Shown: piece by piece, positions 15,001-27,763 of the stretch
Numbering within the stretch: position 1 is the stretch's first letter
How the letters are laid out: each line of letters opens with the position of its first letter
Assembly (NCBI GenBank): GCA_050273025.1
Contig: CP158635.1
Span: forward strand, 21,638,001 to 21,702,000
Source: Cenococcum geophilum
Taxonomy: Eukaryota
Direction: 5' to 3'
DNA: 64,000 nt
Position numbers and translations under genes: made by a program
The notes under the pieces: model-generated
What the model was told of the DNA's origin: nothing
The model's input: only the letters and a program-made list of their open reading frames with translations
The model's database searches: none

Positions 15001-16188
15001 TAAAGAGCACTAAAAAACTCCCATTAAGACTTAGAAAAGGAATAAATTAAGAAGTAAGAGAGTTTATCCGCAGTCCTCTTATCTAGGTGGATATAGAGAA
15101 TTTTACTTAATATTAAATCATTAAGTATTCGAGCGACTTGTTAGTATTTTAGGCGGTTAGGATTTCCCAAACCCACACCTGCCGTTTGTTAGTCTTTTAG
15201 GCCTATAGTAATTTGAACCTCTAATAGGCTAGTACTAGGACACAACTTTAGAGGTTCCGTTTGCTGGCTTTATATACCCTTAAGTTAGTAAGTACTAGAA
15301 CGCGAAGAAGTTTTAAGCTTAGTAGTTAATCTAGGATAACTTTCTAATGTAATTAAAGACGCCTTTTCCAGATCTATACCGGCGTATAATAAGGCACTTA
15401 CTCTTAGGCCAAGGTTGGTAATTAATATACTATAGCTTAAATCTCAATCCTAGCTGCTAGTGATGGTTATAAGAGGCTGCCAAATATACTAGTTTAAGAC
15501 TAGTAGGGTCCAGTGAATTGCGGCTTAAAAAAGCGAGCCAATTGTTAAAGAAGTAGCACCTATATTAAAGAATAAAGTGGCCGTAAATAGCTAGCAGAAA
15601 TAGGGTAGACTAGAAAATAGTTTAAAAGGAGCGGTAAAAATAGTAAAGTTAAGGAAGTGATAAATAAAAGCTATAGAAGAACGCGATAAGGTAACTGGTA
15701 AAGTAGACGGTAAAGGCAATTATACATCCCCAGTGTGATGGGGCGAAATTAGCTTTATATATCACTTATCTCCATCCTATACCCTTAAGATTTAAAGCAT
15801 TCTTAGGTTTATTAAGGCGTTTTAGCCTTTAATTCTTGCGGGACGTATTATTATATTATTAAAAAGAAATTAACGGAAGCTTCTAGACTTTATAGTAGTA
15901 GGTAGGCTATATCTAATTAACTAGGGAGACGGCTGCATATCCTCACTTTAATTAGCTATTTAGTTTTTTATTATAGATCTTCAGAGGAGCACAAGTTGTA
16001 GTGGTAGAGTTTGGCATAATGTGGCGTCTTAGGGGTAATGAGGCGAGGGGCTAATGCACGCTAAGCTAAAATTATAGGGGTATTATCGTTGCGATCGCAA
16101 CGATAATCCCCTATAACATTTCCTACTTCTCTTACTCTTATACCCTATTGCCTTTTTTTCTTAGTTTAACCAACCTATAGAATTATAA

Positions 16189-18160
16189 ATGCCTCTCTGC
16201 TTTAGCAGTATAGTGAAATAGATTTTAGCGCCACGGTAATTCTATTCCGTGGCCTTTCCCTTTCTAAAGCTAATTATTATTTGCTATAGGATAGAGAAGT
16301 AGTCCTTTCTAGTATACTATTATAGCTCACTCGTACCGTCCGTCCTTATTACGCCGTAGGTTTACCTTCTATTACTCCTCTCCTAAGGGATACTTATAGA
16401 TAATAGTTATTGTTAAATAAGATTAAGCTATTTACGTAATTCCTGCGTTTTACTAATAAAGGTAAAGCGGTAAAAGCCTATAAAAGAGTGGTAGATAAAA
16501 TTTTAGAGGCCTTACCTACCGACTGTAGAGAGGCGCTTAGCTTAAATAAAACCCTAACGGTTTTAGGCCTCTAGAACACCCTAATAATCCCAAAAGCCGC
16601 GAAAGCCCTAGAGGCCTTGATGACCCCTATAAATCCAAAGACTAGAAAAGCTATAGTTAAATTCATTTTATTATTCCGGATTCTTAAAAGATAAGGAACC
16701 CTACCTTCTAATAAAAGCCCAGACTTACTTTACGGAGGAAGCCCTAAAAAACGCTAGAATTTATCACTAGCAGCTATAAAGCGACTAGTTACAGTTTATA
16801 CGAAAATTCAGTCTTTAGATAATTATAAATTAGAATAGTTCCTTAAGCTTTATAATCTAGCTAAGGGCGGATCATTTAAAGCTCTCTGGGAACTATATAT
16901 TAAACTAGCAGGAGCTAATAACTGGGTAATAATTTATAACCTGGCTGATGTCCTTAACGTAGGTAAAAATGCAGTTAGTTATAGGTTAATAAAGTCTATT
17001 CTGTCTAAGACGCTAGATAATAAGGTAGAGCGATTAAAGAAAGAAGGTTATAAGCCTAAAAAGGGCCAACAATTTAGAGCTTTGGTATAGGAGATAGCCT
17101 GTCTATTAGGAGGAGAGCGCCTTAAACTAAATAATATTGCTAGCTAAAAATGGAGTCGTCTTAAACCTGGAGTACTTATTAGTCTCTATAACCTAGATTC
17201 TAGTATAATATTAGTTTTTAATTACCTCTATTAAATTAATAACTAACCTATAATAGTATTGAAAGGCATATAGCACCCAAAGAATTCGATATATTGATTG
17301 CTTAGATAGAAACATAACCACAGTGCTAGAAATGGACGGAATTATCTCCTTTAGCGAGGAACCTAAAGGATATATATCTCTGTCGTGCTAATACTAACTC
17401 TATAAGTTAGCTTGAAGCCAGCAGCGCTATCTAAAGCCCTAGGGGTATAAAAAGATTAGCTACTACTAAGTAGTCTAATACTAAACGTGCTAGGCGTAAG
17501 TTATCTAAAATAAGTAGTCCGCAAGCCGTCCCTAACGGGAGTTCCGATTAAATATTTTTAATATCTTTAAGGGACCAACATAGCATAGCTAATCTTTATT
17601 TGGACCCTCCTAAAATACTATTACCTTTTAGATCTACCTTAATCCCTAAAATCTACTTATACCCTTTAGAAATTCCTCTTAACCTAAGCTATTACTTAAC
17701 CCCTAGGATGTCCTTCTCTTTTAAACCTACCTTAATTCCTTCCAATACAAACCTAGACTATTACTTAAATTCCAAAGTACCTCCCCCTTTTAAACCTCTA
17801 TTAATTCCTAAAATCTATTTAGATTCTCTATTAATTCCTCTCGATTTAAATTCTAATCTCTAGCCAATTACTCCGCTAGCTACTACAGTAATAAATAACT
17901 AGCTTAATTTATACCCTATATTTCTATATACAGCAAGCCTTAACCTAAACTAGAATTCGCAATATGGCACTCCCCGTATATTTTAATATTATTCCTACTC
18001 TGCTTTTAAGGAACCTACGGCCTTAAACAGCTCCTGTGAGGCTATAGCCTTAAACGGCTCCTATAAGGCTACGGCCTTAGACGGCTCCTATAAAGCTACG
18101 GCTATATAGACCTATAGAGATATATAAGCATATCCACCCCCCTTCCCTATAAAGTGTTAA
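16189..18160 (+). pseudogene. Hypothetical cargo gene with low-complexity repetitive C-terminus, RIP-degenerated
   Basis: A long frame is interrupted mainly by TAA/TAG stops (GGSF.ALWELYIKLAGA..WV.IYNLADVL...KWSRL.PGVL), with internal repeats at 17600-18110. No family recognised. Confidence 0.35.
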
Positions 18161-19007
18161 GGCGTATTATTAAGTGCGCCCATTATATTGCCGCTCTAAA
18201 GTTTAGGGTATTTATATTTTATAGAAATCTTAAACCCTAGCAAACTATTATCTAAACTTAGCAGGCCAAGTGCTAATATTACTATAGCCTTTACCATACT
18301 ATCCCCGGGGTTCGCCTAGATTTCCTTATTTATATTATTATAATATACTAGATATTATTTTTTAATGGAGACTACATCTTTAGTAGTGTAGAGGATTTTA
18401 ACAGCGTGCTGCCTGGCGACTTTCTAAATATTTTTTATTAGCATACTGCTGATCTACCTAGCGTTGGAAATACCTCAACATATAGTAAAATATAAGGTGA
18501 CGTTGCTTCACTATTAAGTATTTTATAAAAGGGGAAGTCCTCCTTTTAAGAGGATAAGGATTGGCTCTATGCTAATAGAAAGGCGCGTAAGTAATCTAAA
18601 TATCTGCTATCTATGCCAGAAGCTATCTATAGTGCGGATATAATAAGTCTAAAAAAGATATAAGTAATAGACGCATTAGTAAATAGATATAAAGACCCTT
18701 TAAAGGGGCTAATTTTTCTTTAGCAGGGCTAATTTTTAGTAAGGCTAATTTTCGGTCGGGTAGGGCCTACGTAATACCGCCCGTTTCTAAAAACCGTTAT
18801 CGCACTAATGCGCGCCTAAGTATCAACGCGCCTTACGGAAGAGGTGTGGGCGACTTATAGAAATTATCTTAATATTTATAGGTGAAGAGAATGTGCTATA
18901 GGGCGTATATAAATATATATCCTCTAGTCCTATATAAAGAGGCCACTAGACCTTTACTCCCGTCATTATTCTTACTTAGTACTTTTACCTTAAGAATAAG
19001 ATTATAA

Positions 19008-20260
19008 TGAAACTGCCGGAAATTATAAAGGACAATTTAATTCTTAGACCAGATTATCCTCCCGTTTCTCCTTAAGATTTTTTATAGGGCTTTAATAAAC
19101 CTAGTACAGATTATAACGGTGTTAAGGTAAAAGATACTATATACCCTTTAGTTATATTAGTCTAATAGTTCTATAGGTTAAAGATATTTTTACCCTCTGC
19201 TATATACGGCAGTGCTAGCAACATGGCCTACACCTATATTATAGCAAACGTGTCTTTTTAGGGATATTTAATTCTAATAGTTTAGTAGTTAAACGCACGG
19301 TATTCTCGGGTAATCTCATATATATAAAAGGCGGGCTGGAAATAATTAAATAGGTAAAACGTAAGGTAAAGGATGGGAATAATTGGCTTTAGATAAAAAA
19401 TGCTCCATCTTCTTAAAAATTCTTTAAATAGGTTTCCTTTAACGACCAACTTAAGCGGGTTAAGGTAAATATTATAAATAATATGGCTTTTTATAAGTTA
19501 ATAGTTTTATAGGTCTTAGACATAATTGGTTTCCGCCCTACTTTAAACGCTTCCCCCCTATATAGGAGACGGTTTACCCTACTTAGGATTTTTTTTTTAA
19601 ATAGGTCGCAGAAGCTAGGCAAAGTACTATCGGATATAGTTAAAAAGATAGAAAACAGAGAGGAAGCTATAAAATAGGTAAAGTGTAAGCTGCAGCGTTG
19701 TAAGGACAAAGACTTAGCCGGGTAGATATTGTCTTTAAGTTTTACTTAGCTAATATAAGAGCTACCTTTATAAGGAGGATCTTAAAATGTGGAATCTAAT
19801 ATTACTAAACAGAGTTAGTTACATAAGTAGGTTTCTAATAATAGTTCTAGAAGAGTCCTCTATATGCGTTTCCTGCTTATATAAGCAGACATCCTTTATT
19901 CCATTTTTAGTCGGTCTCTATAGTAAACACTTCGGTTTCCGTACCAATATAGGCCTATATTAAGGCCTATATTCGTTATAATTAGATTCTAGATTTATAT
20001 TCATTCCTTCTAATATTATTTAGTTTATTAGGTTATAAGCCCGGGTTGCTACCAAGCGCCACGGTTTAGCTATTTTTAAAAAATTTAGAAGATTAACACC
20101 TTACCACGGGTTACATCAAGTCATATCTTACTATTCTGCATTATTTAACGCCTTACTATAGGCCGTATTAAAGGTTACCATACCTACGTGCTAAAGCCAT
20201 TTTTTTATCAAATTTATTTATTTATGTATTGCTATAGGTAAAGACCATTTAGGTATTTAA
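19008..20260 (+). pseudogene. Hypothetical cargo gene, RIP-degenerated
   Basis: ATG at ~19008 (MKLPEIIKDNL..) followed by protein-like frames broken by RIP-type stops. No family recognised. Confidence 0.3.
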
Positions 20261-20646
20261 CGCCTCAAAAATAACGGTCCAAATTGGCACCAATATTAGA
20301 CGTAGCTCTGCGCGTACCTACCTTATTAATATAAAATTTAGAGTTAACCCGCACCCTAGTTACCTATAAAAACGCTAAAAACTTTAATACCTTAACTTTA
20401 ATTCTTTGTGGAGGACTAAGCGGGTTATAGGGTGGCTGACTTATTGCTACTAAGCATACGAAGGTAAAGGACTTATAAGCTTAACTTTAATTTAACGTAC
20501 ATATAAACGACAATAAGATACTCTTAACATAAAAGCAACTAGATAGAAAAACAATACCAAGCCAAGGAAATCCTAATTGGCGCCTTAATTCTTAACGCCA
20601 GAAAACAAGAACGTAATTACGAAAATCTTTTCTTATAAGAAATTTC

Positions 20647-21800
20647 TCATTTCTTTAGCTTCTTAGAGGCTCCATCTACGGTACAATCTACCTTTCTTTT
20701 GCGTGTCCCTCTCCTTAATAAATCTTCTGAATAATTATCTAGCGCCTCTCCTAGTTAGTCTCTTTACTTATATGGTTTACCCCTCCAAGCTATCTCTATT
20801 ATAACATCTTTAAGCGGTTTATATATTCTAGCATGATGACGGAGGTAACGCGGGTTCTTAGTATAGTATAATACGAGTTTCTTATACGGTATACCCGTGG
20901 GTAAAACCTAGGTAGGATACTAGTATACTACTGCGATAGGACTATATATAGATACAACTAATCTATATCTAGGGTTTCGGAGACGCTTTAAGTCCTCTAT
21001 TATATAGCAAGTTGGTAACTATAATAAGAGATACTATACGGGCGTCTGATTGATTGTATAGGCGTTTAGTTAATTAATTGTATAAACGTTTATACGGGCG
21101 ATTATATAGACGTTTATAGAGCCGTTTATAGAGCTGTTTATAGAGCCATTTATAGAGACAGTTATATAGCGATTGACCGTATAGGCGGTTATACGGCCGA
21201 TTGCAGAACCTTCCTAGTATATTAGTGCTGCGTGTTAGTAGAGCTTTAGAGCTCCGTATAGGGCTTTAAGTAAAGCTTTAAGCGGGGCTTCGAGCGGAGC
21301 TTTAAAGGGGAGACCCCCTTAGACCCCTGCGCATAGCGTGCTCTATTTACTATATAGCCAGTTAGATAGAATAAAGGCAAATTATATAAAGTAAAGGTAA
21401 GTAATTGCCTATATTATAAGCGAGCAGGTCCCTAAAATCTCAAAGCTTTATAAGATTATCGGCATTCTATATATTCCACCTAATGTTCGCTAGGCTACGA
21501 TTCCTATACGCGATATAATTATTAAAATATCTTTAGCCGTACCGGGCTACCGTGGTGGCACATTAGCTATAATGGCACTTAATTATAATGGAGAAGCGAT
21601 AATATCTAATTGCCTTTCCGGCGATATACAGTTTATAGAAGGTGGAAAGGAAGCTTTAGAGTAATTAAATAAAGAGGTTAAGGAACTTAATAAAGCTAAC
21701 TGGGCTGCTAGGCCCTCCCTTATGGTTTAATTAGTATCCTAGGCTCTACCAATGCTTACAGTAGCTATAGTACTTCTATAGAGGAAATGATTTAAGTTTA
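20647..21800 (-). pseudogene. Hypothetical cargo gene, paralog B
   Basis: C-terminus ...LDDYSEDL.RRGTRKRKVDCTVDGASKKLKK-TGA is homologous to 5682-6060. Contains 12-bp coding microrepeats at 21040-21310. The 5' end is approximate. Confidence 0.5.
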
Positions 21801-22586
21801 TATAGAGGAACCACGCTGCTTAAATTGCTTAATTTTGTTTAGAGAATATAAAATCTTATACGGCTTATATAATGGTTTAGCGATTTGCTATTATTCTATA
21901 ACTAAGCCTAAAGCCCTTCCCGCCTTATGCCTTTACGTTCACCTATACTTACAACCCCCACTAAAATTAAACCCCCCTCTCTACGCTCTCTTCTCCCAGC
22001 CTTACTAAAATACTTAGTGTAAATATACTTCTTTCGTAACAAAGATAGAAAGGCTATATAGAAGTGGTCTTTTAAAACCTAATACTTAATTTTATAAACT
22101 GTGTAAGTATAGCTGATCTTACAAGCTAGGTGATCGTGCGGGTTATATTAGCATATAGTTAAGGAAAAAGTGGAATAGTGTAATTGGCGGGCCGGTACAC
22201 AGGAATATAATACTATTTAACTTTGCTTAATATGGCTTAGAGGAGTATAGAGCCTTAACCTAAGCTACAGGAACACGTCCTCTAACTAAGCCTCTATTAT
22301 ATAACTACTAACTACTTCTAGGCGCTATAGCCGCATACCCCACCACTTACCCTTTCTAGAACTTTAGAAGTTATACTAGTCCTTAGTTAAGCAACTGACG
22401 TTTAAAGCTCTAACTAACCAGCCAAATCTGTCGCAGATTAGATGAAGCTAATGACGACTTCTTAATATATATATAGAGGCTCTAGAGCCATATTTAATAA
22501 AGTAGAGTTCTTATTCTTAATTGTCCTGTTTAACACTAAATTACTCCCTTAAATATTGCTTAAGACGTAGTCAAAACTAAAGAAAC

Positions 22587-23588
22587 ATGCCATCTAAGAG
22601 TGTTCCGTTCGGCTTAGCGCGGCTTATAGACAGCAAGAGATATAGCGACTTAAAACTTATATACTAGGGGCTAGAGTTTAAAGTCTATAAAGCGATTATA
22701 TACACCTAATCTCCTATACTTACAGCTGCCTGTAATAAAGACTTTTAGGTAAAAGCTAACTAAATATCTAGTAGAATTAACCCTAACTAACTAACTAACG
22801 GGTAGAAGGCGGCGACTAATATTATAAATATCAACGAGTTCAATTCTGGCACCGTTAAGAGGATAATCTAATTTATATACAAGAGGGACTATAAAAATAG
22901 TAAAGAGGAGTAAGGATCTAATATCGACAACGCTGATACCTTATTACTATCTAAACTAGATAATAGTGGTGGCGATAATAAAGATATAACAATACGGCCG
23001 ATAACGGCCTATATTATACTTCGTCACGTCTATATTAATGCAATTACCGATTACTACGATATACTATAGCTAAAAGAGCTTATAAATATAAAAATCCAAT
23101 ATATTTTAGGAACCAGCTAGTCCATAAGCAGGTTTCCTAATATTATTAAGGATGTCTTTAGCCTAATAGGCGACTTAGCATTATATAATATAATTACCTT
23201 AATAGCGGCCGAGCATATTAAAGAGCTTGTTAAACTTAAGGACTTTATAGAGCTGGACATTATAAGCGATTTCGCTATTAGCATTATACGGACAGTGATT
23301 ACCGCATCTAAGGACATAGAGGAAAATTTTATACTAAAACTTTAAGCTGTCTAATCTTGGCTACGATAAATAGAATTACTGCTTTAATCCGCCGAGGCAA
23401 GGTATGCCGCGGCTAAGCGTAAAAGCGAAAACATTAATAACTATCTTAATACCCTCTATATAACTAGGACCTGTTATAATATCGGTTACAGAGCCGAGTT
23501 TATATATTATATTAAGGATAGTAGTTATCTATCTAACCCTAATTACCCTTATATACTTCGTTATAAAAGGTGCGAGCGTTATACATAA
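22587..23588 (+). pseudogene. BTB/POZ domain protein, RIP-degenerated (first cargo gene, convergent with the captain)
   Basis: MPSKSVPFGLARL.DSKRYSDLKL.CQGQEFKVHKAIVCTQSP.L.AAC, an intron at ~22749-22804, RHV.VNAIADYYDI.QLKELA, and a C-terminal Cys cluster (CRN..C.AEF.CYI...LRC.RC). Confidence 0.8.
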
Positions 23589-23985
23589 GTAAAGATATAT
23601 AGCTTAGGAAATCGGCTTAGGTAGGAAGTTATTATATAATACTTCTCTTCCTTTCTCCGTTTGGGTTAATCTAAGAAATTCGAATATATATCTTGTCTAT
23701 AGTCGGTCCGTCAGATATTGTATAGCAACTATATCATCCATCTCCCATCAGCCTCCCCTCCCCTCCCCTTACCCCTTACCCTACCCTTTATCTCATCCTT
23801 CACCTTACCCTCACCCTTACCCTTACCCTTACCCTTACCCTTACCTATTACCCCTCGCCCCCCCAAACGAATTATAAAATCCCAGTTATTGTATCTATTC
23901 TATTAAATACTAAAATAGGATTAGATAATAATAGACTAAAATAAAATAAAAAGTGGTAAAGAATAATAAGATAAGCGCGCAATAA

Positions 23986-26593
23986 CTAGGAAAAGGTCCT
24001 ATATATACTAAGTGCATAGTTCTAAAGATGCATTTTATGCTTAAGGGTTACTTCGCAAATATTGCACTTAATCTTACCCTACTGTAGGAGTTTAGAGAGA
24101 TATGTTTGTTGGAAATGCTTTATAAAAGTAGCTAGAGTATGGAACTTGTATATACGCTTGCTAATTGCGAGATTTTTATTCCCAAGGCAGATAAAGTATA
24201 TTTTTAGTCTTTTCTCCTTATATAAGGATAACTTTGCCCTCTCTAACGCTTTAGCAGCTTCTAAAATCTTAGTATCTTCTTTAATCTTGACTTTGCTAAG
24301 GGCGATATCTATCCTAGACTGTCTCTGGTGATGATTCCGCCAATATACTCTACCTTCCTTAACATTATAGTAATCTACGACCGCATTAATGGCATTATTG
24401 CGTCTGCGTATCTTATCTTCTAGTAACACGCTAGGAAGTGTTATAATCGCTTAGATAAGGCGTTTATATTTAACCGATCTATTATTACTAAATTCTAAGG
24501 TTACTTTAATATCCTCGCTAAATTTATCCCCAGAAAGTTGCCGCTTAATATTAATTACAGCTTATTCGTTATCCCAATTCTTCTTAATATTTTCCAATAG
24601 CGCATTTCTCTGACGTTGCCTTTCATTTGTGATTTCTCGGCTAAGTTTTTGGTATTCTATACTTCCTGCGGTTTTGCGCTTAAGGCTAAGCTTTAGCTTA
24701 TTTCGAATTTTAATTAAGGTATAAATACGCGGGTTCTCGTTTACCAATAAGGATTATTCTATTATTAGGTGCTATAGCCGCCACGGGTTAATTAATTGGC
24801 TTATTTAGCATACCGCTTTTATTAACTTTTTTTAAGGCTCTAAGCCTTAAACAATTGCCTATATATCTACGCTAACACGCCGTAGAAGGTAGTGCTTTAG
24901 GAATATTCGAGCATCAGTGTGCTACATTATTAGGTTCTGGAGGGCGTTACTTACGTTACCTAGGTAGTATAGGCGTTAGAAAGGTTTTAGTAGAACTAGC
25001 TCTATATAATAGAACTTACTATTCTTATTAAATGCCTTGCCTGCGCCGTAACGGAGACTATATAGGCGCGCAACCTACTAAAATCCCGTAATTACGCTAA
25101 GGTCCTTAATTTAGGGCAAAAGAGTTAAGTATAGTAAAGGCTGGTCGAGTAAGACCTTATAGCCGTAGGGGTTTTTAATTAATCGCCAAAATACGGGGAT
25201 ATTATCTAGGTCTAAACGGAGTAGTAGCGGCAACTTATTACGCCTAGGCTTAATATATAGCTTACTAAGCTACTCTGTGGACGTTAAATTAGGGGGTGCA
25301 AAAGCTTAGTCGGTAAAGAAAAGGCCTAAAAGAAAGACGTAAGGGCTAAGAATAAGTAAAGGGTTAAAGATAATCTTAGGAATTAGGAAAGTATTACTAG
25401 TTCTCTATAAGCGTAAGGTAAGAGGAATAGGGTAGAAAGAGAACGTACGCTTCTTTTATGCCAAGATATTCCTTAGTAAATTCGAATATAAACTTAAGCA
25501 CGATCTTATAAGGCCCGCCTTCTAGGTCGCAAATAAGTGTGACCTTTATATATCAGTAGCATAGATTAAGAAGAGCTTTAGGTCGGCTTATAGTGTAAAA
25601 GTCTAGCTATAGTAAGAAATGGACTTGCATCTGATGTTGTCCAACTATATATCTCTTCCTTATTGTAACTAAGTTAGTCTTAAGAACTAGGGCGAGATCC
25701 TCCGCGTCTATAACAGTCTTTTCTCGCTTTTTTTTACTTAAGCTATATTTCTTAGCCAGTTTCTGAAGTACCTAAGAAAGATATCTTAGCTCCGCCTTAC
25801 CTTACTAGGTTAAAAGGTTAATTAAAAATGTAATTACCTTATACATCTAGCGGTTTAGTTTACCAGGAATTTTCCTATTAGTCGCTTTCTCGTATATAAG
25901 GCGATAGTACTTCTAGTATAAGCTAAGCGAGCTAAAAGCCTTTATCCCGCGCCGTTTTCTACCCCCTTTCCCTCATTTCTGGTTTAGAAACTAGTTAAAG
26001 AAGCTATAAAGGAGCCAAAGCGAGAGGACACGGTATATTTTCTTGGGGTCTTTCCTTATATAGGTGCAGTATCTAGAAATTATTAGCTCTCCGCTAAGTT
26101 AGGCCTAAGAGGAAGCCACTAAATAGGTTATTACTTACTAATACTAGTGCTCTTTAATGCGGTTAAGGAGATTCTTACTACCATCGGCATAGTCCTGCGT
26201 CGTGAAATTGGATTCCTTGAACTCTTTTAACTGTTTAAGGTAGTATTCTAGTGGATAGTCTTAATCCTTATAAAGCTATACTTAAGCGGGCGCTTTACAA
26301 GCATCGTTAGATCCAGCGATATTACCAGCGTTAGATCCAGCAATGCTATTAGTATTAGATCCAGCAATGCTATTAGCGTTATAGTTAATGCCACTATCGG
26401 CGTCGCAGTCGGCGTCGCAGTCGGCGTCACTATTGGCATTACTGTCGGCGTTACTATCGGCATTACTGTTAGTATTACTATCGAAGACGGTCGGTTCTGT
26501 CCCGTAGCTGTTACTATCGCTATCCGTATCTATATACTTATCGTTAGTAACGCTAGACGATAAGCTACGATTTAATAATTAAGCGCGCCGCAT
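23986..26593 (-). pseudogene. Starship captain tyrosine recombinase (DUF3435), RIP-degenerated
   Basis: Manual translation with RIP stops reverted gives DHPPEYYLKQLEEF..QDYADGSKNLLDRIEEHW, FLIPEIIFDPSLVLSPHVFLLGLLFADQAF, ARPYSLRYGAGKAF, LQNLMMQHADARIFLKHYL, IDPWRP, RRRNNAI.AVVDYC.VEEG, CFICLGN..L..KR...F and a C-terminal CNICEVTL.H.MHLQNHA..VH finger. ORF-track pieces 24079-24429 and 24562-24747 belong to it. ATG at 26593; several introns. Confidence 0.9.
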
Positions 26594-27763
26594 TCTAGGG
26601 AGCTAGAAGAGAACTTAGGGTAATAACGGTGGGAAGGATATAAAGAGCAATATAGGGTTAAGGAGATAGAAGGGTAGAGAATAAGAGAAATGGGGCCTAG
26701 ATTAAACGGATTAGAGGTAGGAGCTATGGAGTATATATAGCTTCGGCGCCAGGCGTATGGAAGGATTATAGTCTGCCTGTTAAAAAGCGAGGGGCATAGG
26801 GTGGTAAGCGAGAGGCTTAACGTTAGACCGGCAAGCAAGAGGCTTAGGGCGGCGGGGAGTTTTAGCGATGTAACCTCTAAAAACGGCGACAGAACCCTCC
26901 AAAACCGGCAGTCAGATCTCCATTTTCTTTTTTAATAGAGTAAATAGCTATATAACTATAGCCCACTTAGCAGTTAGTAAAAAGATCTCTAACTTATAGC
27001 TATTATAAAAGGATATTATATAAAAGAGGCTACAGTCCGCACTAATAAGTATTTATCTCTCTATTAATATCTAGACCTTTTTAAATAATTACCTTTTCCT
27101 TGCGATTTGCGGCCATTTTATTAATAGCTAGAAAAAGCTTATAAGTGCTCTTTTTAGCCTTTGTATAGTAGCCTCTTATAATAGAGATAAGTAATAAAAT
27201 ACTCTCCTTTTAGTGCTTAAGGACTATAGGATTATGTAAAAGCTGGGTGCCGTTATATTTAATAACTATACTATAAATAATAAGCTCTATTATATAATAA
27301 GTAACTAGCTTTTTTAGAAAGAACGGATTAAATAGAATTCTGTCTACTAACGGATCTGCTATTAAGGTTATATTCTTAACCTTACTATATAGGCTTTCCT
27401 CTTTAAAAACTTAATTAGTTTTAATAATATTAAGTTATATAAAGAAGATAAGGTAAAAGGGAAAGAGTTAGATCTAAAAGAGAAGAAAGAGAAAAGTAAT
27501 ATATTTTAAACACTTAGCGTACTTACAAAGCTTTATAATATTACTATATATACCTATAGCTTAGCTAGTTATATAAGGGAGTTTAAAAGTCTTATAGGGA
27601 AAAGAATTCCGCTTAATAATTATATAAGATAGAATAGCTAGTATTTTATACTTAGTATAATAATTTAAAAAGAGTCTGCCCTTAATATATATACTAAGCG
27701 TAACCTTAATATACTTAAAAAAGACTATCTTAGTTTAAAGGACTAGGAGGTGCTTTATATAAT

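Larger units (their letters stand above)
1..26943 (-). mobile_element. RIP-inactivated Starship-like giant transposon (captain plus cargo), running off the left edge of the window
   Basis: A DUF3435-type captain lies at one end and points into ~24 kb of uniformly RIP-mutated non-TE genes. A candidate TTAC boundary at 26940-26943 (minus) coincides with the point where the neighbouring hAT frame stops. Confidence 0.75.

Noticed and set aside
23750..23850. (CCCTTA)n tract resembling a telomere repeat
   Set aside because: The unit is CCCTTA/CCCTCA, not CCCTAA. It is short, degenerate and lies between convergent genes, so it is more likely a RIP-altered microsatellite.
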